DNA of 64,000 nt from the NCBI GenBank assembly GCA_050015395.1, contig JBEKBM010000002.1:1-64000 (forward strand), read 5' to 3'. The stretch's first letter is position 1. Each line of letters starts with the position of its first letter. The translations under genes were made by a program, and so were the position numbers. Below are positions 1 through 10,550 of this stretch, piece by piece. The notes under the pieces are model-generated. The model saw only the letters and a list, made by a program, of their open reading frames with translations, made no database searches and was not told where the DNA came from. The DNA is from Candidatus Bathyarchaeia archaeon (lineage in GTDB: Archaea > Thermoproteota > Bathyarchaeia > Bathyarchaeales > Bathycorpusculaceae).

Positions 1-122
1 CGGCTAGGCTCGGGAGAGAGCAACCTAAGTTTGGACGTTATGCGCTCAAGGGGGTGCGGGTAAGAGCGTAGGGCTTGAGGGTTCCAGGCGGAGTCTGGGC
101 GTCAAACCGCAGTGGTCCACCG
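1..122 (+). ncRNA. ffs: Archaeal SRP (7S) RNA, 3' part, truncated by the window edge
   Basis: TAGG-CTC-GGGA-GAG-AGCA at ~5-22 matches SRP helix 8 (CAGG-NNN-GNRA-NNN-AGCA); GC-rich non-coding stretch ending ...GGTCCACC. Confidence 0.75.
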
Positions 123-149
123 CTATTAGAAGACACTTAACTGCGACTA

Positions 150-347
150 TTACGAGTCTTCTTTCTTTTCTGTTTTACGCCTTCGTAATTTGCTAAGGGG
201 TATGTCTGGTGAAATGTCGCCGCTCCATTCGCAATCTCGACAGTAAATGTCATACACCTCTGACGCTTTAGATTGCGCTTGCATTTCTTGGATGTGTATG
301 TTTGGTGAGCCGCAGTTTGGGCAATGCTTTGGTGTCAATTTCCCCAT
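150..347 (-). CDS. Small Zn-ribbon protein
   Basis: CPNC...CRDC motifs, basic tail, GAGGA upstream. Confidence 0.65.
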   Translation of the reverse strand: MGKLTPKHCPNCGSPNIHIQEMQAQSKASEVYDIYCRDCEWSGDISPDIPLSKLRRRKTEKKEDS

Positions 348-358
348 GTTACAAATCC

Positions 359-670
359 TCAGTTATCTCCATATTTTTCTTTCAAATACTCCTTGATTGC
401 CTCAGAGTCATAGTTAATCGCAACGGATTTGTTCTCAAGCAAATCCCAAAACTCTCGCAAAGAAATATCTAAAATCTCCGCGCCTCGTCCAGCGCTTAGT
501 TTGCCCTTCGCATAAAGACGTACAACTCGGTCACGCAACCCATCCTCAATGAGTTCGTTAAATAATGTGGAGCGGTCAATGTTTTCAAGGGCTTGAACAG
601 CATCAACTCTGCTCAAAATCCGCTTTGATAAGCGCACAGTCACGGTGCTGCTTTTCTGGGCTTCGGTCAT
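359..670 (-). CDS. UPF0175-family RHH/HTH antitoxin-like protein
   Basis: N-terminal VTVRL RHH strand; LYAKGKLSAGRGAEILDISLREF typical of UPF0175. Confidence 0.75.
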   Translation of the reverse strand: MTEAQKSSTVTVRLSKRILSRVDAVQALENIDRSTLFNELIEDGLRDRVVRLYAKGKLSAGRGAEILDISLREFWDLLENKSVAINYDSEAIKEYLKEKYGDN

Positions 671-854
671 GTTGTTTTGCCTTACTTATGATGAATACAA
701 TTTAACACTTAAAACTTACGAGATTTTTTTAAGAGGGAGGCTGAAGTGCCTATTTGGGTGCTATATAGCATCCTATTTGGATCATATAGTAAACCGAGGG
801 GGTAGACTGAGAGAGAGAAAGAGAAGAACCCTAAAAACTTCCGCTATTACGCTG

Positions 855-1124
855 TCATAGCATTTTTGCGAAGTCATCATAAACGTTTTTTCGGTGCCCA
901 ATGAAGATTACCACTACTTGGTTTTTCTCTTTATCAATCTCATAAATAGCTCGGTAATCCCCTTCTCGTAGACCCCAATAAGTAGAAGGATTCAATTGTT
1001 TTCCAGCTTTCCATGGGTCACCAGCAAGCTTCCCAAGCGCCTTCTTAACTCGCGCCTTATCCGTGGGATCCAATTTTTGCAGTGCCTTAGCAGCTTTAGG
1101 ATGCAAAAGCACGCTAAACGGCAA
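855..1124 (-). CDS. RelE/ParE-family toxin
   Basis: 89 aa, LREGDYRAIYEID...VIFIGHRKNVY. Confidence 0.85.
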   Translation of the reverse strand: MPFSVLLHPKAAKALQKLDPTDKARVKKALGKLAGDPWKAGKQLNPSTYWGLREGDYRAIYEIDKEKNQVVVIFIGHRKNVYDDFAKML

Positions 1125-1125
1125 G

Positions 1126-1347
1126 TTAAGCTTCCTCTAAGGGAACAAGCTTTTCGGGGTGTTCTTTGGCTTCTTGGCTACGTTTGAGCAGCATTTGGTA
1201 GAACTCGCGTGTTTTCTCCCGTTCTTCATAGAGGCTTATTATAGTTTTTATGGCGTCGCTTCTGCTCTTGAATTTTCCTTCTGCTACCCAACGGTCGATT
1301 TCTTCCACGGTTTTTTCTGGTAGTCTAAGTTGAACCTGAGCCATCAT
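1126..1347 (-). CDS. CopG/RHH antitoxin
   Basis: VQLRLP...GKFKSRSDAIK; directly upstream of RelE. Confidence 0.85.
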   Translation of the reverse strand: MMAQVQLRLPEKTVEEIDRWVAEGKFKSRSDAIKTIISLYEEREKTREFYQMLLKRSQEAKEHPEKLVPLEEA

Positions 1348-1481
1348 AGTCGCCGTAAACAGTACTGTTTACAAAACACATAAACCTTTCCCGAAAAACC
1401 AAAACCTTAGCTTGATTCGTGGAGGCTTTTTTAGAGAGTGTGCATTTGTTCTGTTTTTTAGCCGCTTTTTTTGTTTAAGAA

Positions 1482-3926
1482 CTAGGAAGTTAAGGGTAAC
1501 TGTATTGTGAAGGTTGTTCCTTTGCCTTTTTCGCTTTCGAAGCTTATTTTTCCGCCTTGCGCTTCAACGAGACGTTTAACGACAGCTAAGCCGAAGCCTT
1601 GGCCTTTAGATTTTGTGGTAAATAATGGCGTGAAAAGTTTGCTTTTTATTTCTTCAGGGATGCCTTCGCCTGTATCTCCGATACTGATGTAGGCGTGGCT
1701 GCCCTTGCTTCTTGCATTTATTTTTAACGATCCACCTTTTGGCATTGCTTGAACTGCATTTCGGATTAAGTTTATGAGGGCACGTTTTAGCATTGCGAAA
1801 TCAGCAGTAAATTGTGGGAAGCCTTCTTCTATTGAAATTGATACTTGCAGGTTGTTTGGGATGGGAACGATGAGTAATGCTTCTTCAATAACTTTTTCAA
1901 TGCTTATTTTTTCTTTGTTCGGTTTCAAGGGTTTGGTGTAATGTTGCAAGTCCGCGACTATTTTATCTATATAAAACAGGTTTTCCTCGATGCATGTTAT
2001 GCTTTCCTGCAGGTTCTTTTTTGCGTCGCTGTCAGGCAATGAAACTGCTTCATCTTTTGCTAAGTAAAGTTCTCCAACGATGGCTTGCAGAGGATTGCGA
2101 ATATCATGCCCAACCATACCTGCAGTTTGTCCTATAGCAACTAAGCGCTCATTTTCTTTCAGTTGCTTTGCTCTTTCATTGGCAAGTTCTTCCATTTGAT
2201 TAGCATATTCCTCTAGCAAACAAGTATTTTCTTCAAGTTTAGTTTGTATTCTTATGCGTTCAGTCATATCAACATTTGATTCAAGAATTTCCTTAATCTC
2301 CCCATGCTCATCAGGTTTAACCAGCCAACAGCTTTGAACAACCACTTCTTTACCATCCTTGGTGTACTGAGTGAGTTCACCAGACCAATATCCATTCTGT
2401 GCGAGTTTTAGTTTTATATCATCAAAAGATTCAATGAATTTTGTCCTAACTAGCGAATGGGTTTGCTCCCCTAAGGCTTCCTCTTTCGTCCAGCCGTAGA
2501 GTTTTTCTGCGCCCGTGCTCCAAAAAGTCACTTTGCCTTCTAATTCTCTCACGATAATGGCGTCTGGGCTGAGGTCTATGAGGGCTGCCTGCTTGCGCAG
2601 GGTCTCTGCTGCTTTTTCTCTTTCTTTGCGGAGCCTTAGCATCTCGATGCCGTAAGCGAAGTCGTTTACTAGTTCTGTTAGGAGTTTGATTTCCTCATCT
2701 GAGAAAGGATTTGGTTCGCAGCTGTAAATGTTTAGGGCACCGAAGGTTTTGCCTTCAGATGTGGATAGGGGCAGGACAAGTGATGCGGTGTATCCCCTCT
2801 TTGTGGCTTGTTCGCTCCATGGCTTGAAGTTTGGGTCGGTTTGCATGTTTCTGCATAAGTAGGCTTTTCCCGTTCGGATGGCTGTTCCTGTGGGTCCGCG
2901 TCCTCGCGGTTTGTCTGCCCAGGTTATATTCAGTTGGTCAATGTAGTCTTTGTCGAAGCCTGCGAAAGCCACTGGGCGCACGCTTTTTTCTCTGTCTTGT
3001 TCTGCTAAGCCCACCCACACAAGAGCATAGCCACAGTCGTGGATTATTATGTTGCAGACTTCCTGGGTTAACGAGGCTTCGTCTGTTGCATGCATGAGGG
3101 CTTGGTTGCTATTACTGATGGCTCTCAGGTGCCTGTTGAGTTTACTCAGGGCTTCTTCCGCCTTTTTGCGTTCCGTGATGTTTCTGGCTACATGCACTGA
3201 CCCACTCATGTTCCCCTTTTCGTCTTTGAGAGGCGTAGTGCTTACTAAGAAGTCGCCTCCGAGGCGGGGTTCATGCACTTCAACTGTGTGCTCTTTTCCG
3301 TCTTTCACGGTTTGTGCGTGTGGACAAAAGTCAGGCGGATTGTCTAATCCATGAACACACTGGTAGCAGAATAGTCCGATGGCTTTTTCTGGGGTTACTC
3401 CTAGCTGTTGCGCCATGGCTCGGTTAGCGCGCACGATTCTATACTGATTATCAAGGATGGCTATGAAGTCTGGGACGCTGTCGAAAGTGCGTTCCCAATC
3501 GTTCTTTGCCTGCCAAAGCTCTTGCTCAGCTTTTTTGTGATGTGTAACATCCGTGGAGGCAGCAACTAAACCAGTCACTTCACCGGAACTGTTCTTCAAC
3601 GGTAAAGCGTAAATCTCATAAAACCCTACCTTATCCTCAAATTCTAGTCTAAATTCCTCTTGCCTAGCAACACCACTCTTCAACACTTCACTATAAAAAT
3701 TAATTAAAGCAGAAGCATCTTTGGGCTTGCTCATTTCACCAACCTTTTTCCCAATAAACTTCTCAGCAGGCTGCTCAACGGTAGGATTATTAATCCAAGT
3801 ATAACGCAACTCAGTGTCCAAAACAAAAATGGTAACAGGCGTATTCTTTAGGGCAGAACGAAAAATTTGCTCACTCGTGAACCCATCGACTTGCACAGGA
3901 GGGCTACTGGAAAACTTATCCGTCAA
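1482..3926 (-). CDS. PAS-PAS-GAF-PAS sensor histidine kinase
   Basis: PAS/PAC motifs, GAF, H-box GHDIRNPLQAI, N/G1/F/G2 boxes (NAVQAM, DTGEGI, LFTTKSKGQGFGL). Confidence 0.93.
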   Translation of the reverse strand: MTDKFSSSPPVQVDGFTSEQIFRSALKNTPVTIFVLDTELRYTWINNPTVEQPAEKFIGKKVGEMSKPKDASALINFYSEVLKSGVARQEEFRLEFEDKVGFYEIYALPLKNSSGEVTGLVAASTDVTHHKKAEQELWQAKNDWERTFDSVPDFIAILDNQYRIVRANRAMAQQLGVTPEKAIGLFCYQCVHGLDNPPDFCPHAQTVKDGKEHTVEVHEPRLGGDFLVSTTPLKDEKGNMSGSVHVARNITERKKAEEALSKLNRHLRAISNSNQALMHATDEASLTQEVCNIIIHDCGYALVWVGLAEQDREKSVRPVAFAGFDKDYIDQLNITWADKPRGRGPTGTAIRTGKAYLCRNMQTDPNFKPWSEQATKRGYTASLVLPLSTSEGKTFGALNIYSCEPNPFSDEEIKLLTELVNDFAYGIEMLRLRKEREKAAETLRKQAALIDLSPDAIIVRELEGKVTFWSTGAEKLYGWTKEEALGEQTHSLVRTKFIESFDDIKLKLAQNGYWSGELTQYTKDGKEVVVQSCWLVKPDEHGEIKEILESNVDMTERIRIQTKLEENTCLLEEYANQMEELANERAKQLKENERLVAIGQTAGMVGHDIRNPLQAIVGELYLAKDEAVSLPDSDAKKNLQESITCIEENLFYIDKIVADLQHYTKPLKPNKEKISIEKVIEEALLIVPIPNNLQVSISIEEGFPQFTADFAMLKRALINLIRNAVQAMPKGGSLKINARSKGSHAYISIGDTGEGIPEEIKSKLFTPLFTTKSKGQGFGLAVVKRLVEAQGGKISFESEKGKGTTFTIQLPLTS

Positions 3927-4148
3927 CGATAACGCACCTTTTAAAACTAGGATGAAATCTTAACAGAAACATATAAAACTTATTAAAAATAAAATCAAAA
4001 CACACCAGAAAAAAAGCCGAAAATCAAATTTGCCCTTTAAATAAGGAGGCTATACTTGTGATTTCTACGGCGGCTATCTTGCCTTTTTTGTCATAATGGA
4101 TTATTGTTTTTCCGTCGCTTGTTGGTTCGCCTTCGGTGGTGTTAACGT

Positions 4149-4418
4149 TTATTCGTATGCTGCTTCTCTTTGAGCGATTTTCAGAATAATTATTGTCCGT
4201 GTAGTTTTATCTACTGTAAACATGGCTCGCAAATTTCTTGTTCGCAACCGATAAAAATCTTTCTGGCCTGCCATCTTTACAATATCCAAATGCTCGTTAA
4301 ATTCCGGAAAAGTCTCCAGGAACAAAATTTTCTCAAGCAACCTTTGCCTTGTCTTTTTATCCAATTTATCTAATGCCTTATCCGCTTTTCTATGGAAAAT
4401 TATGCGGTATTTAGGCAC
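4149..4418 (-). CDS. RelE/ParE-family toxin
   Basis: YRIIFHRKADKAL...FYRLRT...LKIAQREAAY. Confidence 0.82.
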   Translation of the reverse strand: MPKYRIIFHRKADKALDKLDKKTRQRLLEKILFLETFPEFNEHLDIVKMAGQKDFYRLRTRNLRAMFTVDKTTRTIIILKIAQREAAYE

Positions 4419-4644
4419 GCTGTTTTACCCCGTTCTTCTTGAGCACTTTTTCCAAAGGAACACATTCGCCCCGTTCCGCTTCAAGCTTCAAGGCTTTTAG
4501 TTCTTCAATTTCTTCCGGGCTAACTTCTTCCTCTGGAATCAAAGACTCAACAAGGCTTTCAAGCGATTTCTCAATGGACTTAAGCTCCAGCCGCATACGT
4601 TTAACTTCAGCATAAACTTTGTCCAAATTTGCCTCAGTTGTCAA
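4411..4644 (-). CDS. Antitoxin partner of RelE
   Basis: Acidic 77-aa ORF overlapping toxin start; ERGECVPLEKV ending. Confidence 0.7.
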   Translation of the reverse strand: MTTEANLDKVYAEVKRMRLELKSIEKSLESLVESLIPEEEVSPEEIEELKALKLEAERGECVPLEKVLKKNGVKQRA

Positions 4645-4717
4645 ATAAACCCTCTCAAAAAGAATAATCCGAACCCAACCTAATAACTTTTAACCAAAAC
4701 ATCACACAAATTCCACG

Positions 4718-5248
4718 TTAGCTGGATTCATCGAGACTTTTTTTGTAAAGCGCTTTGTCGATTACTCTTACGTCCAGGTTTTGTTTAGCTGCTGTTTTCC
4801 TCATTGCCAAGAGCAGTTTTAGATAATTCTGAGTTGTTAACAAGTTAGGCGGTGGATTGCCAAGCAGCGCCTTCCATACCGCTACGTCTAGGATGCCATA
4901 TTGTTTTGGGTCAAAAAACGCGAGGATAACACTGGCTAACACTGGGCTGATGCCTTCCAGCAGTGTGAGGCAGCTCATTCGGTAAGCGTCTTCGCAAGAA
5001 GGAATGCTTAGAGCTTGGCTTGAAAGGCGATTAACTGTCGCCTCATCATTTCGAGTCACTAACGCTAAAACCCGCGCTTTCTTCTCAGGCTCTTCTTTGA
5101 ATTTCCACTCAACAACTTGCGCTAAATCAGACAGTGTTAACGCTTTCGCCTTTCGGAATTTAGAGCCCAACTCCCGCTCCCTCTGCGCCTGCCAACCGAA
5201 GCTTTTATCGTATTTGCGGCTCCACAACAAAAAATCAGCCTTATCCAC
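4718..5248 (-). CDS. Hypothetical protein, HhH-like motif
   Basis: LEGISPVLASVILAFFDP..Y.ILD resembles HhH glycosylase-like fold. Confidence 0.55.
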   Translation of the reverse strand: MDKADFLLWSRKYDKSFGWQAQRERELGSKFRKAKALTLSDLAQVVEWKFKEEPEKKARVLALVTRNDEATVNRLSSQALSIPSCEDAYRMSCLTLLEGISPVLASVILAFFDPKQYGILDVAVWKALLGNPPPNLLTTQNYLKLLLAMRKTAAKQNLDVRVIDKALYKKSLDESS

Positions 5249-5339
5249 ACTATCACCATGCAGTGAATAATTGAGAAATTGCTTACATTTCTGCCTTTGC
5301 CCAAAAAATAATCAAAAATAAATTAAGAAAAGAACATGG

Positions 5340-5465
5340 TTAGTTTTGGTCTACTAAATGGGCTGTTCCGTCTGGGCAGTACACTTTCTCGTCTTTGCTA
5401 ACGCGCCTGTAGCGTTCACTACACATGTGCAGGGACGTGCAGCCATCACAATCTCTACTCAGCAT
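5340..5465 (-). CDS. 41-aa Cys/His microprotein (not in ORF track)
   Basis: MLSRDCDGCTSLHMCSERYRRVSKDEKVYCPDGTAHLVDQN; AAGGAGG RBS upstream. Confidence 0.65.
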   Translation of the reverse strand: MLSRDCDGCTSLHMCSERYRRVSKDEKVYCPDGTAHLVDQN

Positions 5466-6444
5466 TTTTCCGCCTCCTTTTAGAGCGTTTAGCATCGGTG
5501 GAATCTGCTTATAAGGCTATGTAATATGCATGTATATACATTCAAGAGCGGATTAGCGGCGCTTCTTGCGTGCAGTACATGTCTTGTAAGCAATGCAGTC
5601 CTCCGAGCAGGAGATGGCTGTTTTGGTTTGGCAATCCAAAATTATTGTACTATACAAGTTTAAGCCACCTTGCCGGATGTTGCTCTTAGTGCTTGTTGCA
5701 TGCACGAACTGCCATACCCCGTAAATATGAAGGGTAAGGTGAACAGGCTTAAACATGCCAATATGAGGATTGTCAAATCCAACATGCCGTATCATCCTAT
5801 TTTTGTTTTGCTCTGAAACCAAAGTGCGTGGTTAAGGATATAAAGCGATTTGAGATTTGTTCACAAATATTAAGAATAACTATGTAAACGTCATAATATA
5901 CGCTGAAAAAGTAAATACTTGATAGCAGTTCAGGTAAAAATATGTGCAGATAAAAATCAAGGGCGCGCTATTATTAATCAGCGTTTTTACACTTGTCACA
6001 GTCGGGCAGTCACACATCCTTAACTAAAACTCATGCAAAACATTCAGTAGAGGAAAAGTTTTATGCAAACTCACGTTGGCAGCGACCTTTCATACAATAA
6101 ACATTTTATAGCTACTTGCAAGTTCTGTTAATTCTTCGTGTGCTGTAGAGCAATCCAAACATAATTGTCTTTGTGCCCTTCGCATGGAGTAATCTTGACT
6201 CCACCATTGTAGTTTTCAGTTACGCATCCGCATCGCATTCATACATCAATTCAATCACCCTATTAGAAAAATAGAATCCTCACGACTGCTATGACGTTGT
6301 TGATGCGAGACTAGGAGAAACTTTTAAGTGGCTATATTTCTTGGAAGATTTATTCTTGATGGGACAATTTGTTGTTTATCGAGAATCTGTTGAGGAGAAA
6401 GTCTTTTCTTGTCAGTGTAACAATGGTGTTTTGGACTGATTGAT

Positions 6445-7471
6445 GTGCCTTATCAGAAAGATGCAAAGTGGATTGACCTATTTCTCGAGATAATCGAAAA
6501 GGCGTACTCGGGAAGCGATTTTCGGTATGGAAGGCAAACTTTCAGGTTAGAGCCCACTCTTGTGGCTCCAGCTGATTTCTATAGAAGGACATTTGACTCG
6601 TCTTTGACATCTTATGAATCACTCTTGAAGGCTTTAGATTCTGGCTTCAAATCCCTCGCAAGTAGCGAGGTCTACAGAGTAAAAACTGGGTGGGTAGCTC
6701 GAGGGCTAAAAGGATATAATGGTCACAAAATAAGACGAGTAATGGTGGGCAATGATATCTTTCTGATACCTGATTTGTCAAAACAACCTTCCGTAGGAAT
6801 TGACACGAGTGGTTGCAAGAACAATGATAGTGTTATCGTAATTTGTTCAATCCCAGATTATGAAGGAGCATGTGTCTGGCTTGACAAACATCTTAAATTA
6901 CCCAGAGATCACAATAGAAATGAGTTTCACTGGACGAAACTGAACTCAACATGTAGACAGCGATTGCTTAGCAAATTTGAATTGACCCTTTCGATTTGCT
7001 GTGATGGTTTGCTTGCGATAAAGACTAACGCTTTGAATGAACGCAGAGGAACGATAGAGAATTTATTTACAAATCTGATTGAAGGATGCTTTTCCGGGTT
7101 CGAAGGAGACCCTAAGCAGAAGGATCTAAGACCTATTCTTAAGCGGAAGTTTTTCAATGCTGTAAATGGAGTTCAGATACACTGTGATTCTGATTTTCGA
7201 CCGTTGACACCTGAAAAAGTTGTACGTTTGTTGGTTCAGACACTGGCCAAACAGACTGGGGGGCGTTTCGAGGATTATACGCCATTGTTTGCCAAACTTG
7301 CACTCCCATGAGTCAAAACCTATCCAAATTACTGATATTGTGGCAGGAATGGTAAAGACAATAATTGAGGCTGAAGTCCCCCAGGGATTGTTACAACCAT
7401 TGCCTTTTGATTTACGCAAGATGAAAAAGTACTCTGACGACCCGCCAAAAGCGTATTTCTGGTTTGTGTAA
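6445..7471 (+). pseudogene. DUF3800-like (RNase H fold) protein split by a +1 frameshift near 7293-7296
   Basis: GIDTSG, EFHW and HCDSD in ORF 6445-7311; the C-terminal SHESKPIQITDIVAG motif continues in ORF 7220-7471; one extra A in gccAAActtgcac. Confidence 0.65.
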
Positions 7472-7479
7472 CTTGAAAA

Positions 7480-7587
7480 GGAAGAATTGTCAGGTGTCGT
7501 GTGCCTTTAAAAACGGTTCGCGGACGTTGCCTCCTCTGGAGACCACGTGACCCGCTGGGCGCACGGTCTTTGGTACCTTCATCTTCC
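7480..7587 (-). ncRNA. Candidate structured RNA convergent on the DUF3800-like gene
   Basis: GC-rich non-coding block closed by GGAAGA(7480-85)/TCTTCC(7582-87); TTTAAA box at 7607-7612. Confidence 0.45.
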
Positions 7588-7622
7588 TAATATTAGGGAA
7601 CCTACATTTAAATGATTTCTGG

Positions 7623-7886
7623 ATAACTCTTCCAGAGGGACCACAAGGCGTCCTGGCTTTCACGTCAGACTACATAAAAGCTAATCCGCAAGTAAGCGTG
7701 GATTTTAAACGGATAATTGCCGAAGGAGACCTTGCAGCAGTGCACAGTCACCTAAAACCAAACCCCCAAACACAGCGGGTAGCAGTCGTCGATATTTTCA
7801 AGGTAGAAAATGGCAAGCTAGTGGAGCACTAGGACGTAATGCAGCCTGTTCCACCGCAAACTGCAAATAAAAACGGCCTGTTCTAA
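7623..7886 (+). pseudogene. SnoaL/NTF2-like protein remnant
   Basis: KRIIAEGDLAAVHSH...VDIFKVENGKLVEH*DVMQPVP; TAG at 7830 at the usual Trp of EHWD; no start codon. Confidence 0.75.
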
Positions 7887-8407
7887 GCGTGAGTCTCCAC
7901 GCGGACAAGAGGCTTGCCCATTACGTCTCGGATTGTGTCAGCCACGGCGAATGGTGAGCAGACAAGCACAAGTTTGGTTTGGCGTTCACCCTGAGAGTTA
8001 ACTGTTATATCTCCATAACCGAAGATTCTGCCGCCGAGCGACTGGTAAACTAGTAAATCTCCAAAACCCATGGGCGTGACAACAAACGAATGCAGCCTAA
8101 TAATGCCGCGGCGAATTTCTAATCCATCTTGCCGTAGCACGTAAGTATTGGATGCCCAAAAAATCACCAGCCCCAACATGCTAAGCAGCCAAATCACGAC
8201 GAACACCAAAATCGTCCAAGCGAAAACTGGCAAACTGGCTAAATTTAAAAAAGAAACGCCAGAGTAAAATTCAAGCCCGAGAAATAGAACTGTAAGAATA
8301 ATAACAGTGACCGTGCGAATAATAGCGGCTGGGGCAACCCAAGGCTTTCCCAACCAAACGACAATGCCATGCTGAACATGCCTATCGGAAGACAAACAAA
8401 AACACAA
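7883..8407 (-). CDS. Membrane protein with bacterial PH (bPH_2-like) domain
   Basis: Two TM segments then Y.L...LEIRRGII...QSLGGRIFGYGDI. Confidence 0.75.
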   Translation of the reverse strand: MCFCLSSDRHVQHGIVVWLGKPWVAPAAIIRTVTVIILTVLFLGLEFYSGVSFLNLASLPVFAWTILVFVVIWLLSMLGLVIFWASNTYVLRQDGLEIRRGIIRLHSFVVTPMGFGDLLVYQSLGGRIFGYGDITVNSQGERQTKLVLVCSPFAVADTIRDVMGKPLVRVETHA

Positions 8408-8690
8408 CCACTAGGCAATAAGTAAAAAGTGTATTTAAGCATTCAAGGCTATTGAACAGAAAAAAATATCGCGTTTTAAAATAAGCATATCATAATCTAC
8501 AACATAATTCTTGAGCTTGTTAAGTAATTAATTTTTTTCAAAGCTAAGCTGCTTAGTTAGCTTTATCTTGTTATTACGTTTAGGTTTTCAAATTCCTTGC
8601 CTGTAAGGGGCAGAAAGGTTCCCGCGTCAAAGGCTAAATGTGACTAAAAAGTTGCTTTTAGTAAAAGCAAGAATGAAACAAGAAAGGAAA

Positions 8691-9254
8691 TTATTCTTTA
8701 GGCTTATTGTTTTCTGGAACAAAAACTGCTGCTGCAACGGTTGTTGTCCATAAGCCGTTTTTGTCTCCTGCCGCCGACTGGGTTATGTTGGCTGTTTTGA
8801 TGATTAGCCCTGTGGTTTTGAAGAGTTGTTTGCGTTCGTCCCATGCGGTTTCGGGGTCAAATTGGATGCCCATGGTTGTTGCAAGCATTGTTGCTGCTAA
8901 GTCTTCTGCGTAGTCGCCTGCTGTCTCGTCCGTTTGTCCATACGAGTGGTGTTCTGAGAGGTAGCCGTACTGGTTTTTGCCTGATGGAATAGCTATGCCG
9001 ATGGATGATGCGACAAGCCTGTGCGGTTCGTTGGTTGAGTTTCTAGCAATGACTACGAAGGTGATTTCGCCGGGCTGCACCATTTTCAAGCCTTTGTCGC
9101 GCGGGAGCTGTTCGCATCCAGGTGGTACAATGCTTGAAACGCTTACTAAGTTGCACATTTGTATGCCTGCGTCTCTTAGGGCTAATTCGAAAGATTGGAG
9201 TTGCTCTTTATGTTTGCCAACTCCTTTTGTTATAAAGAAGTATTTGGGTATCAT
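8691..9254 (-). CDS. pdaD: Pyruvoyl-dependent arginine decarboxylase
   Basis: [23 protein letters not shown] (SS cleavage site), GYLSEHH. Confidence 0.93.
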   Translation of the reverse strand: MIPKYFFITKGVGKHKEQLQSFELALRDAGIQMCNLVSVSSIVPPGCEQLPRDKGLKMVQPGEITFVVIARNSTNEPHRLVASSIGIAIPSGKNQYGYLSEHHSYGQTDETAGDYAEDLAATMLATTMGIQFDPETAWDERKQLFKTTGLIIKTANITQSAAGDKNGLWTTTVAAAVFVPENNKPKE

Positions 9255-9794
9255 GTGATGTCGGAAAATAGGATTGCAGAATGCATTTAAAAAGGTTTTT
9301 ATGGAGAAGTCTCCCGCGTCATCTTCCCTTTTCTTTTTTGAATTAGTCTATTGGTCGTAACCCGCGAGCGATATGACCCACAAACACTCTTATTTGTTGA
9401 GAATAGCGGAAATTTGATAGTCTAATTCTTTTCAAGTTTTGGCAAGCATAGTATTGAAAACGAGCGTTATTGTTAAGCCTGAAGCTTCCTGATTGAAATG
9501 TGTTGCCGAAGCTGAAAAATACGAGTGTGTAGCGTTACCATCACTCTTAATGCGAAAATATAAAGTAGTTCCTCTGCGACCTGCTTGCGCCTATATAGCG
9601 CACCCAATTTGAAATCGCAACACCCATGCGCGAAAAATGGAACAGTGTGCCTACGCAATTGTTCTTCTTCCACCAAGATAAACACTCAGAAAGCAAGCTA
9701 GCTTAGACTAAAAGAATAACAATCCATGCGTGCGCTCTGTTTTTAACACGCAAACATGCCTGACCCGTTATGAACAGACGATCAGCCTATAGGT

Positions 9795-10532
9795 CTACGA
9801 GTCTTTCTTCATTTTCATCAGTTTAACTTCCAGAATGCCATTGCGATAGCTATATTCAATAGCCTTCTTTTTGACAGGAGTTGGAAGCTTCACTTCTTTA
9901 AAGTACGTTTGCGCTGAGGTATCCGTGCTTATCGTAAGAGTATTATCCTCTACATTCAAGCTTATCTCGTTCTCTTCAACGCCAGGCAATTCAGCCATCA
10001 CCCGCAGGTAATCTTCTTCTTCAAACACGTCAACAATTGGCTCCCTTTCCTTTATCGACCCAACTGTAGACGGCTTTGGCGCACTCGTTTTTGGAGCCTC
10101 TTTATTTGGTCTAGTAATATGCAACGCGCTCACAGGCGCAGCTGCATGAGATCCCATTATCGGGCGAGAACTCACATGCACATCAATTACGCCCCCTTTT
10201 CCAACGTTAATTCTCTTCTGGTAACTCTGAGACTTCTCCGTTAACTTCGCCAAGTCGTTGATTAATCCAACTAATCCTTCAGATTTTTCGTCTTGAACCT
10301 TGTTTGACACGCCAAATATGCCGAATCCGGAGTCAAGAAGCCGCGAGACATCGTTGAACATGCCGCCTATATCCTCAGTTTCACCCGTTTTTTCCTTGCC
10401 CTTAATTTGCTGCCTCATCTCTTCAACTGATTGCTTTAGCTGCTCGATTTCTTTTCCTTTCTGTGCAATCTCTTTCTTTAGTTGTTCAAGATCTTGCTTT
10501 TCCGCCACTTTTTGCCCTTCTTCTTTCGCCAT
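9795..10532 (-). CDS. Hsp20/alpha-crystallin protein with N-terminal coiled coil
   Basis: REPIVDVFEE...AELPGV...YRNGILEVKL. Confidence 0.88.
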   Translation of the reverse strand: MAKEEGQKVAEKQDLEQLKKEIAQKGKEIEQLKQSVEEMRQQIKGKEKTGETEDIGGMFNDVSRLLDSGFGIFGVSNKVQDEKSEGLVGLINDLAKLTEKSQSYQKRINVGKGGVIDVHVSSRPIMGSHAAAPVSALHITRPNKEAPKTSAPKPSTVGSIKEREPIVDVFEEEDYLRVMAELPGVEENEISLNVEDNTLTISTDTSAQTYFKEVKLPTPVKKKAIEYSYRNGILEVKLMKMKKDS

Positions 10533-10550
10533 TTTTTCACCTCCTCAATT

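Noticed and set aside
5553-6250. ORF 5553-5822 and a short Cys-containing minus-strand ORF near 6130-6250
   Set aside because: No recognisable motifs; support too weak to call
7830-7832. Pyrrolysine or other TAG readthrough in the SnoaL-like frame
   Set aside because: TAG sits at a normally Trp (TGG) position and the gene also lacks its 5' end, so simple decay is more likely
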